From NCBI GenBank assembly GCA_964187785.1, contig OZ076409.1, positions 40,364,001 to 40,428,000 of the forward strand: a stretch of DNA of 64,000 bases. The letters run 5' to 3'. This DNA comes from Amphiscolops sp. MND2022. Taxonomy: Eukaryota. The position numbers and the translations under genes are program-made. This document shows positions 54,722 to 64,000 of the stretch, piece by piece; positions within the stretch are counted from its first letter, which is position 1; each line of letters starts with the position of its first letter. The notes beneath the pieces were generated by a model. That model was not told the origin of the DNA and searched no databases. It saw only the letters and a list, made by a program, of their open reading frames with translations.

Positions 54722-55043
54722 AACAAGACGAGAACGTCTAAAGTCGGCGCCATATCTAAGGCTCAAAAAGCGTAAAACACTTTTTTTGGAAAAAAATTGA
54801 AATTTTTGAAAAAAAAATTTTCTTTCAAAAGAAGTCGCATAGTGCCGAAAAATGTAAAAGGGGGGACCCTTCTGGATTTATTAACAAACATTACGTCGCA
54901 AAATATCAAAAAACTCAAAGGGGGGACCCTTTGGGGACATTAAAAAATTTTCGAAAAAAAGTCGCACAGTTCCGAAAAAAATCCAAAGGGGGGACCCTTT
55001 GGGCACGTCCGGTTTTGTATGTTTCCTTGAAAAAGTAAAAAAT
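54722..55043 (+). mobile_element. Helentron/DINE-1-like repeat with internal AGGGGGACCCT repeats, interrupted by element 3
   Basis: Begins AACAAGACGAGAACGTCTAAAGTCGGCGCC, reminiscent of DINE-1 ends. Three AGGGGG(G)ACCCT motifs at ~54860, 54919 and 54987. Confidence 0.6.
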
Positions 55044-55816
55044 TGTAACGGCAAGCTCTGGTACAGCAATATCAACCGATTTTGCAACTTTGACATGTTC
55101 AGAAATTTTGTCAAAAATTCTAATCCGATGTGTGACGTGGCACTGAGCATGTGATTGCTCTTTTCGCTGTTTCCACGAAATTGGCAGGTACTTCGACAAC
55201 AAAGAGCAAGCACGAGCAAAAAGACGGGCGCGCCGCCATGACAGAAGCCAGAGACGGCAAGAACATCCGAAAATAGACTCTTTTTGAGGTGCTAACACCG
55301 GTTTTATCGATTTTCAGCATTATGCTACCCTATGTAGCGGAAACCGTAAAAATGAGTCTTTTCGCCTAAAGATCCTTGTTTGGTGCTTGGAGCCCCTCCG
55401 CCCCAGCTTTTTAGCTGTGTGGTTTGCCATATTCGTGCCTGTTTTCATGTATTTTCAGTGATTTTGGCTGTATTCAGTAGCGTTAGCGCTAGTTTAGATC
55501 TTATTCCCCAATTTTAGATCTTATTAACATTTCACCCTGGAACTGGAAATTTACCTTATTCTTGGCATTGTTTTTATATGCTAGTTAAGCGGTGGTCTTT
55601 AGAGAGCCAGAAAGATGCCCGTTACTATTAGCAATCAAAGACTAGGACCGGTTGGACAGTATTCGTCGAAGCACCCGCGGCCCCGGGACGTATTTCACCC
55701 CTGGAGGCAAAATGGATCTGTGGCGATGGGCGCCTGTCCCGATCGAATCACCCATTCCTGCAGGTTCCTCCACCTCTGTTAACGTGTTAAGCGACCGATA
55801 ACTGCTTGCCGTTACA
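55044..55816 (+). repeat. 5' LTR of element 3 (773 bp)
   Basis: Perfect 13-bp terminal inverted repeat TGTAACGGCAAGC / GCTTGCCGTTACA. Shares blocks with the element 1 LTR (TGACGTGGCACT; AAGATGCCCGTTACT.TTAGCAAT). Followed by a PBS. The partner LTR is outside the window. Confidence 0.85.
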
Positions 55817-55831
55817 TGAGACCTCATTTTT

Positions 55832-55849
55832 TGGCGACCACAGAGGGAT
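55832..55849 (+). promoter_or_regulatory. Primer-binding site of element 3, probably tRNA-Arg
   Basis: TGGCGACCACAGAGGGAT. Confidence 0.75.
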
Positions 55850-57764
55850 CGCTTCCGATTTTTGCCCTATTATATGGTTTTGAAATTTCCGACCCCCTGG
55901 TATTGGACGCCAAGAACGATTGGACTCTGGAAGGAGACGTTTACCCAGAGTTTTTCCAAATTTTTTAGATGATATGACATTATATTTTGGTATTTTTCCA
56001 GTCTTTCGGGGGATTTTTCCGAATACCTATGGTACGTTTTGATAACAGGTATTTGTTGACAGGTATCGTCTAAAATTGCACGTTCCCATCAGCGGGTACC
56101 TTTGTAATGGCTTAGCGAACCGCTAGAAAGCCGTTACGCATGTTGTAACAGGTGTTTTACAGCTCATTTCAGCGTTTTTGGCTATGTACGAGAGGTGAAG
56201 TTGATGGTTGAACCATATTCCATCCGACTGATAGATGAGCTGAAATGAGTGTTCCCGACTCTCCTTTCTCATTTCTCGTGGAGACGTGCTAGAGGGATGG
56301 TTTTTGGTGGAAAGGTAGAACAAGTGCTGACGTTGCCGACGGTCCAAACTGTTTCTCTCTAGCTGGTCTGGGTGTTGAGAAAAAAGACGACGAAAGTACC
56401 ACCCCTCATTCCAGAAGTATCAGTTTTTCGGAGTATGGTATGAAAAAATTTTTAGATTGTGTATTTTTTGACGGGGAATCATTTGTGCATGCTAGTTTTA
56501 CCCTGTTGCAACTAAGTGTGTGCTTTTGCACCCGTTTTCAGTGAAAAAAGTGCGATTTTTAGTGCAAAAGTCGCAAAAACGTGATTTTTGGCATTTTTGA
56601 GTACTTTTCTTGGTACGAGCGCGAGCGCTCGAAGTATTGGCCACAGCAGTTGCAAAAATAAATAGAAAGCAGCCCAAAACCTTGAGGGTTTTGCTACATA
56701 ATGTAACGACAACCAGAAAGGCCGTTGGAGACCTTTTTGAGACACATTTTGCATGAAAAAACCCGGTTTTTGGCGAAATTGGCAAAAAACCACTATGAAA
56801 TGCCACTGGGAGAGTGCTGGATTGTGATGTAATTGCCTCTTCCGTGCTGCTATTAGTTTGGGGCACACTCCACAGTACCGAAAATAGGATTTAAGAGAGT
56901 TTGTAACGTTTTCTTGGTGAGAACAGGTCGAAAAACCTTGAATTTTGGCCAGTTTCAGGAGTGCCAGAGTGCATCATTAAAACCTCTGGGGCACTCAGTG
57001 TTTTCGAGACCTGAGAGCCCGCGCGCTCTCATTTTCTGTTTTTGTAGTAAAAATAACGCATTGTGGTGAAAACCGCGTGCAAAAATTCCTTTTCAGTGCT
57101 GAGAAAAGTTGAAAAACCTTGATATTTAGTCAGTTTCAGGAGTGTCTGAGTACACAATTAAAACCACATGGGCACTCTGTCTTTTTGTTAGCTAGGAGCT
57201 TCCGCGCTCTAATTTTCTGTTTTTATCATAAAAATAACGCGTGGTGGTGAAAACCGCGTGTAAAAACTCCCATTCAGTGCTGAGAAAAGTGGAAAAACGC
57301 ACTGAATCTGATCAATTTTCCACAAAAACGGACTGTCTCTGAGCTAGGGTCGGGTCATCGATTCCTGAACCCTAGCCAAAAAGTGGTTGCATTTTCGTAA
57401 CCACCACAAAAATTAACGTTAGTGCCGAAAATTTGGTGAGCGTATCGGTCACCAAAGTCGAGAAAAGCTCTCTGACGTTTCGACTTCAGAGAAGCGTAAA
57501 AGGACCGAAAAAACCCAAAACTGCAGGACTGTCAGTGCCATTATACCCAACGGGCACAACCAATTGAGGGTTTATCCCAGTGCTACGGATAGTGGGGCAA
57601 CACGTTGGTCCCATTTTGCCCGCCGTATCACTTTCTGAGGTGATCCTCTTGGTCAATTTGTGAAAAAAGTAGTGAAAAACAGTGTTTTTTCGTGTACAAC
57701 GTACATAGTGGGTCGAAACCTCAAATAAGCGCTCGCGCTTCAATTCGACCATATCAGTGGCATT

Positions 57765-59850
57765 GTAGGTGCCCACAGGCATAAACTATCAAGTTTGGTG
57801 CCGATCTGTGTGATACTTGTTGAGAAAATAGGAAAAACGTGGCACCCAAAAAGGCGTGCAAAAAGGCAGTTTTTTCTTAATTTTTCCGAGTAACCCGGGC
57901 ACCTTAGCCGACGGGTGGGGCTATATTGCAGCCCACCATCGTAACCTGTGCTAGTTCCTACGTTGCTGCAGAGAATTTGAGCTTGCTAGCTCTTTCCAGT
58001 GGACCGCAATCTTGAAAAAAGACGTGAAAAACAGTGTATTTCGGTACATAGTGGTACCGCACGTCTGTACCTAGGTGAAACTGTGTAGAAGGGGCGCAGC
58101 TCAAAACTGTGTTCATTTTCGTAAATCTACGTGTACCTAAGATCTGCTGGTCAGTTTTGGGCTTGATACAGCGCTTCCAGCGCACACACGAGCCTCTTGA
58201 GTGTTGTGGTGCGATTTTTGGAAAATCCAAAAATTCTTTGAAATTCTTCCTCTGGGTGACTGGAGACTTTTTGCCCTAAACCAGGTTGATTTTCTGGCCC
58301 AGTGTGCTTGTGGGAAAGCGCTGTGCAAATTTGAACAGCCTACGAGCCTTAGAACGTCTTTTGAAAAATCTTGGACGTTGAAAAACATCAATTTTCTTAA
58401 GTCCTCACCGAGACGAGCAGAGGGCCAAATCCTTGAGAAGACCCCCTGCAAGCCTACCACCGTCTATTTCACTACTCTAACAGCGTGATTGGTGCCTACT
58501 GACAGCGTTTGCCAAGTTTGGTGTCAATTGGTACTGTATCTGTTGAGAAATTGACTAAAACAAACTGCACAAGAAGGTGCGCAAGAAGGCGAATTCTACG
58601 AAGTCTGGTGGGATTGCCTGAACACCTTATTCAGAGAGTGGGGCCAAATTGCTGCCCACTATCGTAACCAGTACAAGTTTATCGTTTTGTTGCCGAAATA
58701 ACGAGCTTGAGAGCTCTTTGCTGGTTGCCGGAATCTGAGTTGACACGTGAAGAACACTGCATATTGGAACACGGTGATACCGAACGTCTGTACTGTGTTG
58801 AAACTTTACCTAGTCATCTCAGCACAAATCAGCTATTCTTCCCTTGTACCTCAACTTACGTGGGACTGTGTGGTTGATTTTGAAGTCGATCCTGCGTTTC
58901 TAGCGTTAGCGCTAGCCTCTGGAGTTTTTTTCAAGTGAAGCTGAAAAACCCAAAAAAACATCTGAAAATCCTCTGACCTGTGACTGGATCCTAATACCCC
59001 GATTCTGGACTCACTTTTTGGGTCAGTGCATCAATCCGGAAGTGCTGTATACCTTCCAGCACGCTACAACCCTTGGAACTTATTTCGACGCTTCTCGGAC
59101 GTGCATATTCATTGTGTCTGTCAGAGGTCTCACCGAGACGAAAACAGGGAAAGTGAGAAAAAGTCATTTCTACGTGTTGGAAACCTGTGGAAACCCCTAG
59201 TTTGAACTCCCAGCAGTTAGTTCATTGCTGTGCGTGTGATATTTGATCAGTATCGAGTGGGCTGCCTTGCTGGATCATAGCATTTTGTTACTTGAAGTTG
59301 TGATATCCTGTGTATTGTAACGAATTGGATCATTTTTTGGAACTATCGGCGCACCTTATTGGAAAGTTGGGATAACATTGCCCTGGACTATTCTTATTAG
59401 TGTCATTTGGTGCACCGTTGCTGAAAAAGTGAGCTCGAGAGCTCAGCACTGTGGACGAGAGTCTTTGATTGCATGTGAAAAATCGTGTCAATCGAGACAC
59501 GGTGATACGGAACGTCAGTATCAGATCTAAATCTTGCCCAGTGGTCTGAATTCTCATTGATTGTTTTTGTAGTGTAGCTGGCTGTACGTGCGATCGCGTG
59601 ACCAATTTTGCGTCCGATACCACGTTTCCAGCACTTGTAAAAGCCATCTGAGTGATTTTCGAAAAAAGTTGAAAAATCCAAAAATCGTTGAAAAAGGCTC
59701 TAGCTTGAAGCTGGAGGCAATTATCAGCTACGGAAGGTTATTTTTCTGACTTGTGTGGCTGACGAAACGTGCTGTGTTATTTTGTACCCAGTACGATTGG
59801 TAAAACTGAATTTGACTTTGTTCAGACACACGTTTTGAACGAAAATCCCG
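57765..59850 (+). repeat. Three diverged tandem ~725-bp units in the 5' UTR of element 3
   Basis: The anchor GTGAA.AA...GTG.TAC.G.ACGTC.GTA recurs at 58024, 58747 and 59475. Confidence 0.75.
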
Positions 59851-60397
59851 AAAACGCCAGAAAAACTATCAGAGTAAATCCTCAATACTTCCGCTGTACA
59901 GGAGGCAGACCCAAAAAGCCTTCATTTTCCAACGGAACGGACCCAATAGACCTTCCTGGGTGCAAACGAGGCAAATCCCACGGTTCAAAAAAATTGCCGG
60001 CAGGGGTCATAAATTTTGGACTCCTCTGGAACTTTGAAATTTGATCCTGAACAGTTCAAGGCAGCAGTTTTAAAGTGCCTGCGACGCACTCTGGGCTACA
60101 TTTTCCAAACGAAAATCTCTAGGAGTTACCTGGAGCAGGGTTTTCGATATCCGAAAGAGACCCTGAGTGTTCCGACTTAGCCAAAATCACAAGATTTTGG
60201 GAGGAGCAACTTCCTAGTGACGACAAATTTGAGCGGATTGCCCGAGTGTGACACCTTTTTGAACACTCTGGTGCCTCATTTTGGTGTTATTTCGCTGTAT
60301 CGAGTAGCACCAACGCCGAATATTACGCCAAATTTGCAGAGAACTCTTTTTTGGGCAATTGCAAAATACCCAAATCTCTCGAGGTTGAGAGGCGAAG

Positions 60398-63300
60398 TTG
60401 CTACCGAGTTTGCTGAAAGACTCCTTTGAGCCACATTCTGCTACATCTAACGCTGGAATGAAACCTTCGGAACAATTCCAACGCCTCTGCTTCCTTTTGA
60501 AGGGGGGAGAGGGCACCAGCGCAGCACAACCAATCGATGAACCGGCCTCGATATCTTTGAACAACGCAACCATGGGCATGGCTCACACGTCGCCTAGGGA
60601 TCGAGGCGGGTTGCTCGAGAGCAATCATGGTACTGATGACCCAAAAGATGAATTGATATCTCCCGAACAGTTGAAATTCACGGAGGCGATATCCAAAACT
60701 ATAACTAAAGCGTTGGCTCCCTTGATTGCCAATCGTGATCAAACCGCTGTTCGACCAACCTTATACAGAGGTTCGAAAGACGGGACTGTTGAAGAGTGGT
60801 TGCTCGTGATGAAACGGTATTTGGAGCGAGTTTATTCCAATGCTTCACCTGTCGACAAGGCCTGGGCGATAATCGATCACTTAGGTGATGAAGCTCGGAG
60901 TTTTATAATCAACAAACCGGAGTCCGAACGGGATTCTCACGAGAAGGTGACTACCTTGCTGTCCAGCAGATTTGGGACTGGGAAAAGTCGCTGGCCAGTG
61001 AGGCAGTCTTTCAGGTTGCGGAATCAGCTTGAGAAAGAGGGCCTGATGCAGTATCTAGATGCATTAGAGGGTCTGAGGAGTCAGGGTTTTCCTGATGAGC
61101 CTATCACTACCCGACGCTATGAAATCTTGCATCGGTTCATGGATGGGGTCAGCGATCCCGTGTTGCAACGAGAACTGACGGTAGTGTTTGCGACTGAGGC
61201 GTATCTAGTCGACCCACCTACCGTGGAGTCACTTCGGTTCACTGTCCAGGAACTCCAAAGGAGTCGTCACCAACAACAGCCTCGTGACCCAGGGTGCACC
61301 GAGACTGTACCTTATCAGTACCTACAGAGCGACGAAGTGCCGGGGTCACCAGTGGCTCCGCAGCATGAATTCCTGCCACCCCTTGCACGCCGGTCGGCGC
61401 GATTGCCGATGCCGGCTGCGTCAGTACACACAACCCCTGAATACAGACAGACCGCAACCTTAGAGCAATCCGCGCGCTGCTTGCAGAGTGCTTGCGCGAG
61501 ACGCAAGCTGGTGGTGCATCGCCCGGAGCATATTCTTGACCCACATAGTGAGTCCCAGCAAGGTGCTGCAGCAGCGGTTCTAGCGCCTGCTGTCCCAGTG
61601 AAATCGTGCACAACTGAGGTGTCTGCAGGTCGTCCAACATTATCAATCCAGTCAGAAACTTCCAGCCCTAGGGCTGAAGAAAAGAAGAAAACGGATGCAA
61701 CGCAAACCCTGTCTACTGCCTCTGGCAGGGTATTAATGCTACGTCCAGCTGACCAAGCCACTGTAAATGCTCCATTGACTGTCACCTGTGGCACAAAGCA
61801 GGTGCAGACAAGTTTGGAGTCCACAACGTTTGACCCTAGTGGCCGGACTTTATTGTCTGTACACCTAGTGCTGGCCTCGGAGCAACAAATACGCCCAGAT
61901 TTGACCTTGGAAAAATTGAAGCTGGAGTTAGCTAGCAATTCGGCTGTCAAAAAGATCTCCTTACCACTGCCAAAAGAATGGTATACTGAAGGCGAAGCTA
62001 GTACGTGCACGGCATACACCCCAGTTCCTGTGCATGCCAACATAGATGGCGTGGACATGAAATTTGATGCTAGCGTGGTAGTAGATGTGTTCCCTCAAGG
62101 AGTGTGTCTAGGGCCACATGAACTCCGCTGCTATAGCATCAGCAAGCAAGAGCCCACAGGTGAGGCCCGCATAGATGAGCGTGCGTCGCTCGTAGTATCT
62201 TTTGCAGTGCCAGATGCCAACCCTATTCCACTGAGAGGAATGGTCGACACGTGATCAGGCGTATCAATCATGAGTTTCTCAGCCTTCAACCGTGTAGCCT
62301 TGCGGACAGGTGTAGCGCTACAACCTTATCGAATCGACTTGTATGCTGCTAATGGGAAGACGATAAAAACGTTTGGAATAGCGGAGCGTGTGCGCTTCCA
62401 ACTTGGTGGATATGAACTCGAAACAAATTTCGTGGTCGTTGATGACGCACATGGCTTGGAAGATTTCTTGCTGGGTAGGAATTTTCTGCGAACATACAAC
62501 GTGCTGGTAGATCTGACCTCCATGAAAATTGTGGTGCGAGCACCGGCTAAGCCTGTGTGGCATCACGCACACACCCAGACGAGTGACGAAGCTTTATCCA
62601 GCACAGTAGTCTTGGATCAAGACGTAGTGCTCCAGCCATTTGAACGTGCTGTTTTACGAGCTAAGTTGGTCACTTCGAACTTGGAAGCTTTCGCTTTCAG
62701 TAATGTTGTGATTAACTTTGCAACACCGAACCGATTGCTGAAGAACACTATATTCGTGGAAGACACTATAGCCACTGTTGGAGAGACAGGTTCGTTCTAT
62801 GTCTCTGTTGGCAATCTGACAAGCAATGCCCAGAAAGTGAAGTGCGGCACCATGCTTGGTACTGCTGCACCAGTACGCCTAGTCTACCATGCAGTTCCCC
62901 AATGTGTGCTAGCGCATAAAGGCGAGAGTGACGAAAAATCGGACTCCCCGAATGAGTTCGTCAACAGGGTCTATTCTGAAATGGACCTGAACTCACATTC
63001 AAGATGTTCGTCGTCGTCGGAGTTCGTGTTTCTCTCCTCTACAGACCCATCGGAGGAGGGGTTGTCAGAACGCGAGATCAGAAAGCGCACTGACCCTGAT
63101 CTCTTGGCCCCTATTCCTGGACCCGAATCTCAGTTAGAGGAGGTACAAAAGTTGTGGGGACAGACTGCCCGCGACTCGCTGAACAACATCCTAACGGAAT
63201 TTGATGACCTATTCATGAAGCACAAAGCAGACATTGGTCGCTGCACAATAGCCAAGCATCCTGTTGAGTTGGAGCCTGGGGCTGTACCGCATCGTGAAGG

Positions 63301-64000
63301 TGCTCGTAGAATGTCTCCTGACAAGGCGGAGCGCGCCAATCAAGAAGTACGCGCAATCTCCTGGCTTTGGGCATGATCCAACCTTCGCTATCACCTTGGG
63401 CGAGTGGGATTGTGATGGTAAAAAAGAAAAATGGGGAGTTGCTATTCTGTTGCGACTTTCGCCCCCTCAACGCTGTCACAATAAAGGATGCGTATCCCCT
63501 CCCACGCATCGATGAAAGCCTTTCACGCTTGGGTAAGGCCAAGATTTACACCAGTATTGATTTGGCCAGGGCTTTCTGGCAGATACCAGTGCGCAAAGCA
63601 GATAGGCAGAAAACGGCCTTTGCCTGCGAGCTGGGTTTGTTTGAGTGGAGACGTATGCCCTTTGGGATGTGTAACGCTTCAGCTACTTTCCAGCGAGCCA
63701 TAGCGCGAGCGCTACGGAAAATTGTGAACCGTGAAGGAAGCATGGTGATGGCGTACATTGACGACATCGTCATTGCTACCGAGACAGTCGAGGACCACAT
63801 GGTACGCTTACGCGAGGTATTTGAATGTCTGCGCGAAGCTGGCTCCAAAATGAGAGTCGGTAAGTGCGACTTAATGAAGTCGGAAATCAAGTACCTGGGA
63901 CGTGTGGTCTCTGCCGAAGGTATCAAACCTGATCCTAAAGCAGTGGCAAAACTACGCGATTGGGAAGTACCGAGGAACAAAACGGAGATGCAAAGCTTTT
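60398..64000 (+). pseudogene. gag-pol: Disrupted gag-pol of element 3 (partial)
   Basis: Gag YRGSKDGTVEEWLLVM. TGA at 62252 replaces the Gly of protease DTG. 2-nt insertion near 63352. RT continues from 63355 with YIDD at 63754. Confidence 0.93.

Larger units (their letters stand above)
55044..64000 (+). mobile_element. Ty3/Gypsy element 3, decayed relative of element 1, cut by the window end
   Basis: LTR-like 55044-55816, PBS at 55832, a long 5' UTR homologous to element 1, and gag-PR-RT closely matching element 1 at protein level. Confidence 0.93.

Noticed and set aside
54780..55010. CRISPR-like array of AGGGGGACCCT repeats
   Set aside because: Eukaryotic context, irregular spacing, spacers that are themselves repeated, and no cas genes. 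These are internal repeats of a non-autonomous element.

Overview
Eukaryotic (animal-like, AT-rich) genomic DNA. The window lies inside one large + strand host gene. I can assemble 15 GT-AG exons, all separated by phase-1 introns, which encode about 15 Cys-containing fibronectin type III-like repeats followed by Cys-rich EGF-like modules; neither the start nor the end of the gene is in the window. Its introns hold three Ty3/Gypsy LTR retrotransposons, all in the same orientation as the gene. (1) A giant, intact 18.9-kb element at 9179-28085 with apparently identical 720-bp LTRs. It carries a ~3100-aa Gag-Pol and a second 1426-aa ORF in the env position. Gag-Pol has a tandem pseudo-protease, a dUTPase-like insert, an AT-hook and a C-terminal TARG1/Poa1-type macrodomain-like region. 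The second ORF contains a degenerate SGNH/GDSL-fold domain. (2) A 5.3-kb Mag-like element at 42437-47760 with disrupted ORFs. (3) A decayed relative of element 1 from 55044 to the window end; part of its 5' UTR is much more similar to element 1 than its RT is. There are also non-autonomous DNA repeats (a TIR element and Helentron/DINE-1-like pieces), long hairpins and microsatellites. All domain calls come from motif recognition by eye; no searches were run, and identity percentages are visual estimates.
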